64,000 bases of DNA from an uncultured Thermomicrobiales bacterium (GCA_902806415.1 CADCWN010000056.1:7875-71874), one strand, 5' to 3'; positions 45,019-55,320 are shown, numbered from the stretch's first letter. Numbers and translations are program-made. The notes: generated from the sequence alone by a model not told the origin.

Positions 45019-45340
45019 CCAGGCGATGCCACTCGACGGGGAGGCACTCGCGGCGGGCTGCCGCGCGGCGGCGCAGCAACTCGACCAAGCGCTCGGCCAA
45101 CCATTCCAGGCGGTCATCGCGGCGGTCGATGACGTGGAGCGCGTGGTCGCCCGACTGCGCGACGGGCTGATCGCGCACCGTCGCGCCGCCACAATCACCG
45201 GCGAGATGAGCGCGGCGCTCGACAGCCTCAATGCCACCCTCAGCCTGATCGTCGCGGTGGAGTACCCGCAGGGAGCGCTTCAAAGGGCCTACATCGAGCA
45301 GGCCCGTGATCTGCTGCGGGCGATCGCCGAGCAGCCATGA
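45005..45340 (+). CDS. hypothetical protein, last gene of fdh cluster
   Basis: 111 aa, helical, Ala-rich. ATG 45005 overlaps the nrfD-like 3' end by 14 nt. No Cys motifs, so not FdhE-like. Confidence 0.5.
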   Translation: MSRHDQAMPLDGEALAAGCRAAAQQLDQALGQPFQAVIAAVDDVERVVARLRDGLIAHRRAATITGEMSAALDSLNATLSLIVAVEYPQGALQRAYIEQARDLLRAIAEQP

Positions 45341-45525
45341 TTGCACGCGAACCGCCTATCATCTCCGCTCGCGTATAATCACCCCGCCCTGAACAGATCA
45401 GACTCGCGGAACTGATGTATTTGCGGCTGTTTTCTTGAGCGATCGGAGCCAAACCATGCCGCCTCTGAGGGCAGGGCGCTTGGCGCGGACGAGTCTCGCG
45501 GCAGTCGACCATCGGGGGAGCAGCG

Positions 45526-46671
45526 ATGCCAGAGCGGCGACAGCTAGGACACCTCGGTACCCGCTGGTTCGGTCGGCGGAGCCGGCGCGACAGCCCGAGG
45601 CCGGAGCCGCAGACCTGGGCGGGGAGAGCCCGCGACGCCTACGAAACGATGGTGCGCGAGTTCGGGGTCGCCGATACGCCGCTGTTCCGCGAGCACGCGC
45701 CCGCCCTGCCGACCGATCGCCGTTACGCCTACCTCTGGCCGTTCGGGCAGGCGTTCGCCGCGACACTCGACATCGCGGTGCTGGGGGATAAGGACGCGGC
45801 GGCACTGGCGCGCGCCGAGACTCTAGCTGATGCGTTCTTCGCGCACTACTGGGACACCGCCAGCCGACCGCCGGGCGGCACCGCCTACCCGATCCCGCCG
45901 GGCGGCGACAAATACTATGACGACAACATCTGGCTCGGGCTCGATCTGATCGACCTCTGGCGGGCCACCGGCGAGGGGCGCTGGCGCGACAATGCGGCGC
46001 GCATCTTCGCGTTCGTCAGCAGCGCCTGGGACGACGACCCTCGGCACCCCAGCCCCGGCGGGATCTTCTGGGCGCAGCCCGCCGCCAACCCGACGCGCGA
46101 CCGCAACACGGTGTCGAACGCCCCGGCGGCGATCCTGGCGCTGCACCTCCACGAGGCGACCGGTAAGCCGACCTATCTCGATTGGGCCGAGCGGACCTTC
46201 GCCTGGGTCGAGCGCACGCTGCGCGATCCGAGCGACGGGCTCTACTGGGACCATCTCAAGCTCGACGGACGGATCGAGCGGACGAAGTGGTCGTACAATC
46301 AGGGGACGATGATCGGCGCGGCGACCCTGCTGAGTCGGGCGACGGGCGACGACGTCTTCCTCGATCGCGCGCGGCTGATCGCCGATGCCGCCCTGGCATA
46401 CTATGCCGCCGACGAGCGCCTCCGGGCGCAAGACCCGCCCTTCAACGCGATCTTCTTCCGCAACCTGCGGTTGCTCGGGGACGCGCTGGGCGACCACAGC
46501 AGCTACCGACCGCTGCTAACCGCCTACGCCGCGCGCGCCTGGCGCGAGGGGCGCGACCCGCGCACCGGACTGATCGGCTTCGGGCGGCGCGGGCGGGTCG
46601 AACTGCTGCACCAGGCGGCGGCGACCCAACTATTCAGCCTCCTCGCCGGGATCGATGAGGGTGGCCTATAA
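45526..46671 (+). CDS. glycoside hydrolase family 76-like (alpha-1,6-mannanase fold)
   Basis: YYDDNIWLGLDL, GGIFW, NTVSNAPAA and WSYNQGTMIGA motifs. Confidence 0.7.
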   Translation: MPERRQLGHLGTRWFGRRSRRDSPRPEPQTWAGRARDAYETMVREFGVADTPLFREHAPALPTDRRYAYLWPFGQAFAATLDIAVLGDKDAAALARAETLADAFFAHYWDTASRPPGGTAYPIPPGGDKYYDDNIWLGLDLIDLWRATGEGRWRDNAARIFAFVSSAWDDDPRHPSPGGIFWAQPAANPTRDRNTVSNAPAAILALHLHEATGKPTYLDWAERTFAWVERTLRDPSDGLYWDHLKLDGRIERTKWSYNQGTMIGAATLLSRATGDDVFLDRARLIADAALAYYAADERLRAQDPPFNAIFFRNLRLLGDALGDHSSYRPLLTAYAARAWREGRDPRTGLIGFGRRGRVELLHQAAATQLFSLLAGIDEGGL

Positions 46672-46735
46672 TCGCTGACCGGGAGTGGGTAACACCCCGA
46701 GCCACGCGCGAGAATGCCACGATGGAGGCCGAACG

Positions 46736-47578
46736 GTGGAGCAGGGCGGGGGCGCGACGATCGGCGTCGACATCGGCGGGACGCGCATCCGTGTCGGGCG
46801 ACGCGACGGCGACGGCGGGTTCGTCGCCGAGCGCACGCTGACCCCGCCCGACGCGACGGATGGTGCGCGCGCGATCGTGGCGATGGCGCGCGCCATCGCC
46901 ACGGAGGGGATCGCACGGGTCGGCATCTCCGCCGCCGGGCCGCTCGACTTCGCGCGCGGGATCACCAATCCGCTCAATCTTCCCGGCTGGCACGGCTTCC
47001 CCCTTGTCGGGGAACTGGCGCGGCAACTCGACGCGCGGGTCTTCATGGATAACGACGCCAACTGCGCCGCGCTCGCCGAGTGGCGCGAGGGCGCGGGCAG
47101 GGGGGCGGCGACCCTCGTCTACTACACGATCAGCACCGGCGTCGGCAGCGGCGTGATCATCGACGGCCAGGTCCACCACGGCTCGCACGACACCGAGGGG
47201 GGTCACCAGATCGTCTGGCCGGATGGCCCGGCCTGTCCGTGCGGCAGTCGCGGCTGCCTGGAGGCGATCATCTCGGGGACGGGGCTGCGCGCGCGATTCG
47301 GCAAACCGGCCGAGGAGTTGGACGATCCGGCGATCTGGGAGGAGGTGGCGAAGTACATGGCGATCGGCATCGCCAACACCGCCGCCCTCCTCTGTCCGGA
47401 GATCGTGGTGATCGGCGGCGGCGTCATCGCGCGCGGCGAGCAACTCTTCGGCCCGCTGCGCCGCTATGCCGCCGAGTTCACCCGCCTCGTCCCGGTGCCC
47501 ACAATCGTCCCCGCCGGGCTCGGCCAGGATTCCGGGCTCATCGGCGCGCTCGTCCTGGCCGAGACACAGCGCGACTAA
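46736..47578 (+). CDS. ROK-family sugar kinase
   Basis: IGVDIGGTRIRVG and CPCGSRGCLEA are present. GTG 46736 follows GGAGG at 7 nt. The track start at 46685 is possible but has no RBS. Confidence 0.8.
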   Translation: MEQGGGATIGVDIGGTRIRVGRRDGDGGFVAERTLTPPDATDGARAIVAMARAIATEGIARVGISAAGPLDFARGITNPLNLPGWHGFPLVGELARQLDARVFMDNDANCAALAEWREGAGRGAATLVYYTISTGVGSGVIIDGQVHHGSHDTEGGHQIVWPDGPACPCGSRGCLEAIISGTGLRARFGKPAEELDDPAIWEEVAKYMAIGIANTAALLCPEIVVIGGGVIARGEQLFGPLRRYAAEFTRLVPVPTIVPAGLGQDSGLIGALVLAETQRD

Positions 47579-47600
47579 AGGTCACCCAGGAGGAACGATC

Positions 47601-48302
47601 GTGCCAGCCGCCACTGCCCCGCGCCTCGCCCCGTCCATCCTCTCCGCCGACTTCACGCGGCTCGGTGAGGAGATCGCCGCCGCCGAGGCGGCTGGGGCCG
47701 ATCTCATCCATTTCGACGTGATGGATGGCCTCTTCGTGCCGAATATCAGCATCGGCCTGCCGGTCCTCGCCGCCGTCCGTCGCGCCACGCGGCTGCCGAT
47801 CGATGTCCACCTGATGATCGATCGCCCGGAACGCTACCTGGAGGCATTCGTCGAGGCCGGGGCCGATTGGCTCACCGTCCACATTGAGGGCGCGATCCAT
47901 CTGCATCGCACCCTCGCGCAGATCCGCGAACTCGGCGCGCACCCCGGCGTCACCCTCAATCCGGGGACGCCCGCCGCCGCCCTCGACGAGGTCTTGCCAT
48001 TGGTCGATCTCGTGTTGGTGATGTCAGTCAACCCCGGCTTCGGCGGCCAGGCATTCATCGAGGGCCAGTTGGCGAAGATCGCAACTTTGCACGCGACGCT
48101 CGACGCGAAGAATCCCGACGCGATCCTCGCGGTCGATGGCGGCGTCCACGCCGAGAACGTCGCGCGCGTCGTCGCGGCGGGGGCCGATCGGATCATCGCC
48201 GGTTCGGCGATCTTCAACGACCGGCAGAGCGTGGCGGAGGCGACCGCAGAGTTGCGCGCGGGGATGGCCGAGGGGCTGGCACAACGCGCGGGGGGCAGAT
48301 GA
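47601..48302 (+). CDS. rpe: ribulose-phosphate 3-epimerase
   Basis: LAPSILSADF...HFDVMDGLFVPN...MSVNPGFGGQ. GTG 47601 after AGGAGGA. Confidence 0.9.
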   Translation: MPAATAPRLAPSILSADFTRLGEEIAAAEAAGADLIHFDVMDGLFVPNISIGLPVLAAVRRATRLPIDVHLMIDRPERYLEAFVEAGADWLTVHIEGAIHLHRTLAQIRELGAHPGVTLNPGTPAAALDEVLPLVDLVLVMSVNPGFGGQAFIEGQLAKIATLHATLDAKNPDAILAVDGGVHAENVARVVAAGADRIIAGSAIFNDRQSVAEATAELRAGMAEGLAQRAGGR

Positions 48303-49081
48303 CGACCAGGCCACCAGTCGCGCTCGCCGCGACCCTGCACGACCCCGACGCCGCCGATCTGCCGAGTCTCGTCGCCGCCCTGCCCGGTCTCGGCGCGCGC
48401 TACGCCGGGATGGTGATCTTCGCGACGGAGGAGACGCCCGACCACGCCCTCGCGCCCCTGATCGCGGCGGGCGCGCGGGTGACGCGACACCCATCCGAGT
48501 ACCGCGAGATCGGCTGGCGACGGCTCGGCGCGGTGCGCGCGGCGGCGGAGATCGCCGAGGCGGTCCACCTCTGCGACTTCGACCGCCTCCTCCACTGGTG
48601 GCACGGTTGGCCCGCCGAACTCGACGCGATCCTCGCGCGTATCCCGAGCGCCGATCTGCTGCTGCTCGGGCGCACCGCGCGCGCCTGGGCGACCCACCCG
48701 GCCAATCAGATCGAGACGGAAGGGCTGGCGAACTGGATCGCGTCGCAGCTCTACGGCGCGGAGGTCGATGTCTGCTCCGGTTCGCGCGGCCTCTCGCGGC
48801 GCGCGATCGACTACCTGGCCGAGCACGGGCGCGAGCACAGCGTCGGCACCGACGCCGAGTGGCCGTTGCTGCTCCGCCGCGCCGACCAGTTCCGCTGCGA
48901 GCAGATCCTGACCGAGGGCTTGGAGTTCGAGACCGGCGACCGTTTCCCGGCGGAGATCGCCCGCGTCGGCGGACTCGCCGCCTGGAACGCCGAGTTGGAC
49001 CGCGACGCCGCGCGCTGGACCTTCCGCACGCGCCTCGCGGGGGACATCGTCGCGGCGGCCCTGCGCGCGGCGGCACGGTGA
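48299..49081 (+). CDS. hypothetical protein translationally coupled to rpe
   Basis: 260 aa. ATG overlaps the rpe stop (ATGA). GC3-biased. No family recognised. Confidence 0.55.
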   Translation: MTTRPPVALAATLHDPDAADLPSLVAALPGLGARYAGMVIFATEETPDHALAPLIAAGARVTRHPSEYREIGWRRLGAVRAAAEIAEAVHLCDFDRLLHWWHGWPAELDAILARIPSADLLLLGRTARAWATHPANQIETEGLANWIASQLYGAEVDVCSGSRGLSRRAIDYLAEHGREHSVGTDAEWPLLLRRADQFRCEQILTEGLEFETGDRFPAEIARVGGLAAWNAELDRDAARWTFRTRLAGDIVAAALRAAAR

Positions 49082-49376
49082 GGGGGTCGCGCGGTCAACC
49101 AGAGCGTAGGCGAGAAGATGACAGGCAGTTGAAACCGTCTCCCGCCATACGCTCTGAACCGATCCAAGGTGTCGCGATAGTTGCATTCCACATCTAGCGT
49201 GCTACACTTAAGAGGACAACACGCCTCGGGTAGCTGGCGAGCACCACGGCAATCGCCGTGAGGGAACCTGGGGACATAAGGCTATAGCCGCTCGTCTGGG
49301 ATTGGGAGGGCACCGACTTTGTGTTGGTGCCCTTACTGTTTGCCCCATCCGGGGCACCCGATTCCAGGAGGCGGCG

Positions 49377-50660
49377 ATGCGCGTGCGATCGACCAGGCTG
49401 TGGCGACACCCGGAGTTCCTCAAGCTGTGGGGGAGCGACACGATTTCCCTCTTTGGGGTCCACGCGACCCTGCTGGCCCTGCCACTGACAGCGGCGGCCC
49501 TGGGGGCGTCAGCGCTCCAGGTTGGCTTGCTGACCACGGCCCAGGCAGCCCCAGCGCTCCTCCTCGGCCTCTTCGCAGGGGTCTGGGTTGATCGGCGGCG
49601 GCGACGCCCCCTCCTGGTCGGCGCGAACGTCGCGCGCGCCGTGGCGCTCGGCTCCATCCCCCTCGCCGCGCACCTCGGCACGCTGCACCTGGCGCAGTTG
49701 TACACCGTGGCCTTCCTGTCCGGCACAGGGGCGATCGTCTTCGTCGTCGCCTACCAGTCGTTCTTGCCGACAGTCGTGCCACGCGAGCATCTGGTCGCGG
49801 GCAACAGTGCGCTCCGTGGGAGCGAAGCCACCGCACAACTCGCCAGGCCGAGCATCGGCGGGTTGCTTGTGCCGCTGCTCACCGCGCCGCCCACCCTGGC
49901 GGTCGGCGCGCTCGCATCGCTGGGCTCCGCACTGGCGCTGCTGGCGATCCGCACCCCGGAGCCGCCGCCTGCCCCGCCTGGCGACGGGGCGCATGTCGGG
50001 CGCGCAATCGGCGAGGGTGTCCGCTTCGTCCTGGGCCACCCGATCTTGTGCCCACTGCTCATCAGCGCAACCGTCAGCGCCTTGTTCGGCAACATGATCG
50101 TCAGCATCTCCGTCCTCTACGTCATCCGCGATCTTGGCCTACCCGCCTGGGCCTTTGGGGTGATCGTCGGCACCGGTGGCCCGGCGGCGCTGGGCGGGGC
50201 AATACTCACCGGTCGGGTGCTGCGGCGTTACGGGACGGGCCGGACACTGATCGGCACAGCGATCGTGAGCGGTGCAGCCGCGCTGCTGGTGTCGCTCGCG
50301 GGTGGCCCCTTCCTGATGGCGGTCGTGCTGCTGATCGCTTGGCACATCCTCACCGGCCTGGCAGAGGCGGTGAGCGGCATCGCCAACGCCACACTGACAC
50401 AGACGATTCCACCACCACGGTTGCAGGGTCGCGTGAACGCCACCATGCGAGTCTTCGGATGGGGTGCTGTCGCGCTGGGCGGCTTGCTCGACGGAACTAT
50501 AGGGGAAATGATCGGCCTGCGACCGACAATGGCGCTCGCGGCGATCGGGATGCTCCTCGTACCACTCCGGCTCGCCCGCTCACCGGTGCGCACGCTGCGG
50601 GAGAGCCCGGAATCGATCGGCAGCGGGTCCACCATGCAATCTCCCCCGACGACCGAGTAG
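49377..50660 (+). CDS. MFS transporter (EntS/MFS_3-like)
   Basis: MRVRSTRLWRHPEFLKLWGSDTISLFG plus about 12 TMs. ATG 49377 after AGGAGG. Confidence 0.8.
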   Translation: MRVRSTRLWRHPEFLKLWGSDTISLFGVHATLLALPLTAAALGASALQVGLLTTAQAAPALLLGLFAGVWVDRRRRRPLLVGANVARAVALGSIPLAAHLGTLHLAQLYTVAFLSGTGAIVFVVAYQSFLPTVVPREHLVAGNSALRGSEATAQLARPSIGGLLVPLLTAPPTLAVGALASLGSALALLAIRTPEPPPAPPGDGAHVGRAIGEGVRFVLGHPILCPLLISATVSALFGNMIVSISVLYVIRDLGLPAWAFGVIVGTGGPAALGGAILTGRVLRRYGTGRTLIGTAIVSGAAALLVSLAGGPFLMAVVLLIAWHILTGLAEAVSGIANATLTQTIPPPRLQGRVNATMRVFGWGAVALGGLLDGTIGEMIGLRPTMALAAIGMLLVPLRLARSPVRTLRESPESIGSGSTMQSPPTTE

Positions 50661-50992
50661 CCGAGGCCATAACCGCTTCGGGTCTCAACGGCACTTGACG
50701 ACCGCACGTCCACGAGGCGTGGCTGATGACCATTAACGCTCCATTCTAGTCCCCGCAGGAGGACCGTGATCCTGTGCCGGGTCACAGAGCAAGATGCGCC
50801 ACCCGCAGGGGCTATGCAAAGTCGGTGAGGGCGGTGATGGCGAATCGCAACGGGGCCATGGTCCGGCACGGCAGTCCAGCGGGGAGGCGATGCCACCCGC
50901 GCGGCACCGCCCCATCCGCTATGAAAGTGTGCCTGACCTTGAATAGACCCCGGAACCGACCGCCATTACCGGTGTGCTATCCTTCATCCCAT

Positions 50993-53194
50993 ATGACGAT
51001 CAGGGACAAGGCACCGGGGACGACCAACGCCACAGCGAGGCCGCGCGGGATGCGCGCGCCACGTCCGGCCACGCCGCCAGGGCCAGGCGAGGCGACAAAA
51101 GCTCCGCCCGCGCGCAGGCGGCACCTCGCAGCGCTCAGTCAACACCATCTCCTGCCGCTCGGCCTGTACCTACTGCTCACGATCATCGTCACCTATCCGC
51201 TCATCCGCCATTTCGGCACGCACCTACCGGGCGACGGGCGCGACGCCTGGCAGAATTACTGGGATTACTGGTGGCTCCGCACGGCCCTCGCCAGCGGGCA
51301 GAACCCCTACCAGACGCCGCTCCTCTACGCGCCGTATGGTGCGCCGCTCTATCTCCACACCCTCAACCCGTTCAACGGGCTCGTCACCCTGCCGATCCAG
51401 ATCGCCTTCGGGCTGATCGCCGCCTACAACAGCGTTGTCTTCCTCTCGTTCACGCTGGCCGCCTACTTCGCCTACCTGCTGGTCGCGCGGGTCAGCGGCA
51501 GCCAGCGGGCGGGCTTCGTCGGCGGCGTCATCTACGCCTTCGGGTCGTACCACTTCGCCCACCTGCTCGGCCACACCAACCTGCTCGCCTCCGAGTGGCT
51601 GCCCGCCTACCTCCTCTGCCTCGTCGCGGCGGTTGAGACGGTCGGTCGCCATCGCCTCCCGCCGATCGGCGCGGGTGCGGGCGCGACCCTGCTGATCGCC
51701 CTCTGCGACTGGCAGTATCTCCTCTTCGCCGCGCTGCTGACCGCGCTCTACGCGCCGTTCGCGGCGATCGCCCGCCGCTCATTCACGCCGCTCGTGGTCG
51801 CGGCGGCGATCGGCATTGGTGGACTCATCCTGACGTTGCCCCTCCTGCTGCCGACCGTGCGCGAACTGCGCGCGACCGCCGCGACCCGCCCGGCGGTCCT
51901 CGGGCCGGAGGCGTTCTCCGCCGATCTCCTCTCGTTCGTCACACCAAGCCCGCTCCACCCCTGGTGGGGGGCATGGGCCGAGCGGCTCGGCGGGCGGGCC
52001 GTCGCGCCGGCGGTGGAACGTGCCGTCTATCTCGGCTTCGGGCCGCTGGCGCTGGCGGCCCTCGGCCTGTGGTTGCGTCGCCGACAAGCCCTCGGCTGGG
52101 GGCTCGCCGCCCTGATCTTCGCCACTCTGGCCCTCGGGCCGACCCTCCAGATCGCCGGGCAGGGCTACCCTGCCATTCCGATGCCGTACCGGATCTTGCA
52201 AGGGATACCGGGCGTGAACGTCTCGCGCGTCCCGGCGCGTTTCGCGCTGCTGGTGACCCTCTGCCTGGCGATCCTGGCCGGGCTCGGGCTGGCGGGATTC
52301 GGCTCGCGGTTCCCTAAATTGGGGCGCGGGGCCGTCGCCAAGATCGCCTCGCCGCTCCTCGTGGCGGCGCTGCTGGCCGAGCACTTCGTCGCGCCGTATC
52401 CGCTGATGGCGGTCGAGGAGCCGCCATTCTATCGGCAACTCGCCGTCACGAGCGAGATCGGCGTGGTGCTGGAACTCCCCTTCTCGCTCACGCGCGCGAC
52501 CTCGCTCTTCGGGCAGACGGTCCACGGGCGGCCGCTCGTCGGCGGCTATCTCTCACGCCCGCTGGCCTACCCGATCCTCGCCCTGCCGCCGTTTGCCGAT
52601 CCCGCCGACTCGCGCGGCGACATCACGCCGCCGCTGACGACCGCGACCGGGGTCTGGATGTTGCACCTGAGCGGCGTTCGCTGGATCGTCGTCCTGCGCG
52701 ACGATCCGAAGCTGAACCGCGAGGAGATCGCCGCGTTCGTCCGCGACTACGCCGAGCCGACGCCCCTCTACGAGGATGCGCGGATGACCGCCCACCGCCC
52801 GCTGCCCACGGGGACGCCGCAGTTCGCCCTGCGCGCGACTGCTGGCTGGCACCAGCCCGAGTCGCTGGCTGACGGGCGACGGATGCGCTGGATTCCCCAG
52901 TCGGGGACACTCGAAACGTGGAGCCTTGCTGATGGCGCGCAAACCGGCACGCTGCGCTTCGAGGCGTGGAGCTTCAATCAGCCGCGCCGCCTCGCGGTGA
53001 GCGTCGATGGGCAACACGTCGGCGAATGGCTCATCGCCGAGCCGAAGCGCTACGACCTACCGCTCACCCTCGCGCCCGGCCAGCACGCGATCACCTTCCG
53101 CACCCTCGACCCGCCCGAACGTCCGGCCCGCACGGTCGGCGGCAACGATGACCGGCTGATCGCGATCGGCATCACCGACGTCACGCTGCGTTAA
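50993..53194 (+). CDS. large polytopic membrane protein, GT-C-like glycosyltransferase fold (tentative); start uncertain
   Basis: Many TMs followed by a C-terminal soluble domain. N-terminal motif YPLIRHFGTHLPGDGRDAWQNYWDYWW. No clear RBS at 50993. Confidence 0.6.
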   Translation: MTIRDKAPGTTNATARPRGMRAPRPATPPGPGEATKAPPARRRHLAALSQHHLLPLGLYLLLTIIVTYPLIRHFGTHLPGDGRDAWQNYWDYWWLRTALASGQNPYQTPLLYAPYGAPLYLHTLNPFNGLVTLPIQIAFGLIAAYNSVVFLSFTLAAYFAYLLVARVSGSQRAGFVGGVIYAFGSYHFAHLLGHTNLLASEWLPAYLLCLVAAVETVGRHRLPPIGAGAGATLLIALCDWQYLLFAALLTALYAPFAAIARRSFTPLVVAAAIGIGGLILTLPLLLPTVRELRATAATRPAVLGPEAFSADLLSFVTPSPLHPWWGAWAERLGGRAVAPAVERAVYLGFGPLALAALGLWLRRRQALGWGLAALIFATLALGPTLQIAGQGYPAIPMPYRILQGIPGVNVSRVPARFALLVTLCLAILAGLGLAGFGSRFPKLGRGAVAKIASPLLVAALLAEHFVAPYPLMAVEEPPFYRQLAVTSEIGVVLELPFSLTRATSLFGQTVHGRPLVGGYLSRPLAYPILALPPFADPADSRGDITPPLTTATGVWMLHLSGVRWIVVLRDDPKLNREEIAAFVRDYAEPTPLYEDARMTAHRPLPTGTPQFALRATAGWHQPESLADGRRMRWIPQSGTLETWSLADGAQTGTLRFEAWSFNQPRRLAVSVDGQHVGEWLIAEPKRYDLPLTLAPGQHAITFRTLDPPERPARTVGGNDDRLIAIGITDVTLR

Positions 53195-53361
53195 TCGCTC
53201 GTCGCTGAGTTGGGAGACGCGCCCCTCTCCTCCTCCGCCACCGCACCATCGGCGCGACCTTTGGGCAGCAACTCGCGGAAGAGTTGGAGAATACATCCGG
53301 CGAGGGTGGCGACGATTATCAGACCGTGCGAGGGGAGCATCAGGAACAGCCCGAGATCCAT
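53191..53361 (-). CDS. possible small membrane protein (56 aa, below track cutoff)
   Basis: MDLGLFLMLPSHGLIIVATLAGCILQLFRELLPKGRADGAVAEEERGASPNSATSD. GC3-biased, weak RBS. Lies downstream of the ureohydrolase gene. Confidence 0.3.
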   Translation of the reverse strand: MDLGLFLMLPSHGLIIVATLAGCILQLFRELLPKGRADGAVAEEERGASPNSATSD

Positions 53362-53445
53362 ATCGACGCGATAGACGCGCCTCAGATCCCATCGTCGCGG
53401 CTAGTATACCCCGTGCTGGTCGCGGGGATAGGATCGCCCCCGCCT

Positions 53446-54636
53446 TCAACCACCCGGTTGCTCCTCGCTCTGTTTAACATCATCCGCGCGCGGCTCGTCA
53501 CCGCGCGCGATCGGCGAGCGCCCGAGTTTGCCGGACTCGACGAGGGTGGCGAGGACGTCCATGATCGCCCGCCCGCCGAGCAGCGCGGTGATGTCGGCCA
53601 CATCATACGGCGGCGCGACCTCCACCACCTCCATCCCGGCCAGACCCTCGCGCGCGGCGAGCCGCAGCATCCGCAACGCCTCGCGGGCGGTCAGCCCGCC
53701 GGGCTCGGGGGTGCCGGTGCCGGGCGCGAAGGCCGGATCGACCGAGTCGATGTCGAACGACAACCAGACCGCCTTGGCACCCCGCCAGGCGACTTCCAGC
53801 GCGAACTCCATGATCCGCTCGGGGCCGAAGCGATCGATGTCATCGATCGTGATGATCGTCGCGCCGCGCTCGCGCGCCACCCGCATCCCCGGCTTCGAGC
53901 CGGTCCAGCCGCCGATCCCGATCTGCACCAGGTTCGACGCCGGGGCGTTGGGGATATTGGTGGCGTGGAAGAACGGCGAGCCGTGCATCCGCTCGTCGTA
54001 GGCCGACTCGCTGAGATCACTATGACGGTCGAAGTGGATGATCCCGATCTTCCCGTCGATGTACGGGGCCATGCCGCGAATATCGGGATAGCCGATCGAG
54101 TGGTCGCCGCCGAGGACGACCGGGAAAACCGCCCGCTCGGTGAGGTAGGCGATCGCATCGGCGATCTGGTCGAAGCTCTTTTCGAGGTTCGCGGGGATGA
54201 CCTGCACATCGCCCACATCGACGATAGCGAGCGCCTCGTTCAGCACCACGCCGCGCTCGGCGTTGTAATTCCCGCCGAGGGTCGAAATCCGCCGCAACGC
54301 TTGCGGGCCGAAGCGGGTCCCCGAGCGATAGGTCGTGCCGGCGTCGAGCGGCACGCCGAGGATCGCCACATCCTGCTCGCCGAGCTGGCGCATATCCTCC
54401 AGGAAGTCGGCCGCCGCGAACGTTCCGCCGTTCGCCAGACCCCAGCGGGTGCGATTGAACAGGGTCAGCGAACGGTCGCGGATACTCGCGGCGGCCTCCA
54501 AGCCATAGAGTTTCTGCAACGCCGCGCGCTCCGCCGCCTTCACACCGCTCAGCTGCGCCTCGCGCTCCATCGCCCAGGTGCCGCGCAAATCCTCGCGGCG
54601 AAGCTCCCGCTCGCGGTCGTCCTTGCCCCCGCCCAT
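53446..54636 (-). CDS. arginase-family ureohydrolase (agmatinase/guanidino-acid hydrolase-like)
   Basis: GGDHSIGYP, IHFDRHSD and SFDIDSVDPAFAPGTGTPEPGG motifs. The start could instead be ATG 54570. Confidence 0.85.
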   Translation of the reverse strand: MGGGKDDRERELRREDLRGTWAMEREAQLSGVKAAERAALQKLYGLEAAASIRDRSLTLFNRTRWGLANGGTFAAADFLEDMRQLGEQDVAILGVPLDAGTTYRSGTRFGPQALRRISTLGGNYNAERGVVLNEALAIVDVGDVQVIPANLEKSFDQIADAIAYLTERAVFPVVLGGDHSIGYPDIRGMAPYIDGKIGIIHFDRHSDLSESAYDERMHGSPFFHATNIPNAPASNLVQIGIGGWTGSKPGMRVARERGATIITIDDIDRFGPERIMEFALEVAWRGAKAVWLSFDIDSVDPAFAPGTGTPEPGGLTAREALRMLRLAAREGLAGMEVVEVAPPYDVADITALLGGRAIMDVLATLVESGKLGRSPIARGDEPRADDVKQSEEQPGG

Positions 54637-54801
54637 CCATCCTCCTCACCCCGCGCCACACACAGCACTGGCAATTTGTTCAGCAATGCACATGGTACTG
54701 TATCGCGCGGCAGGGGAAGCGCTCACCACGCTAAACGGCGGTGGCCCGGCGTTAGGAACGCCGGGCCACCGCCACGGACTGCCTCAGTCGGTCGCCCGCG
54801 T

Positions 54802-55320
54802 TTACTCCGCGTCGTCCTTCGACATCCTGGGATCGAGCTGCGCCAGCAACGTGTGGGCGTTGCGCTCGATCTCGCGAATCTGCCCGGTAATCGCCGAGAG
54901 GTCGGGCGCGCCGACGCGCGGCACGCCGCCATCGCTCTGGAGCTCATCGGCCAGGAACCGTCGCGCCTGCTCCGCCGCGCGCGCGTGCGAAATCCCGCGC
55001 GTGCGCGCCTCCTTGATCAGCATGCACATATCGACCGCCTGGCCGGTGAACGCCCCCGTGTCGCCCCCGGATCGCGGCAGATAGCCGCGATCGGCCCAGT
55101 GGATAACCTGCCGCAACGTCACCCCGCAGAGTACGGCGACCTGCGAGGCATTGAGCGCCAGGCGCATCCACATCGCCCCGCGATCCGGCAACGTGAAGGA
55201 GACGGCTTCGCGCGCCCCCCCATCGGCCACGGCGGCCGCGCCGCGCGGTGCCGCCCCTTCGGTCGTGGCGCTCTTGGGTCGCCGACCACGTCCCCGCTTG
55301 ACCGTCGCTTGCTCAGCCAT
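54802..55320 (-). CDS. MerR-type HTH protein with basic N-terminal tail
   Basis: LNASQVAVLCGVTLRQVIHWADRGYL helix-turn-helix. Start ATG 55320 (MAEQATVKRGRGRRPK). Confidence 0.6.
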   Translation of the reverse strand: MAEQATVKRGRGRRPKSATTEGAAPRGAAAVADGGAREAVSFTLPDRGAMWMRLALNASQVAVLCGVTLRQVIHWADRGYLPRSGGDTGAFTGQAVDMCMLIKEARTRGISHARAAEQARRFLADELQSDGGVPRVGAPDLSAITGQIREIERNAHTLLAQLDPRMSKDDAE

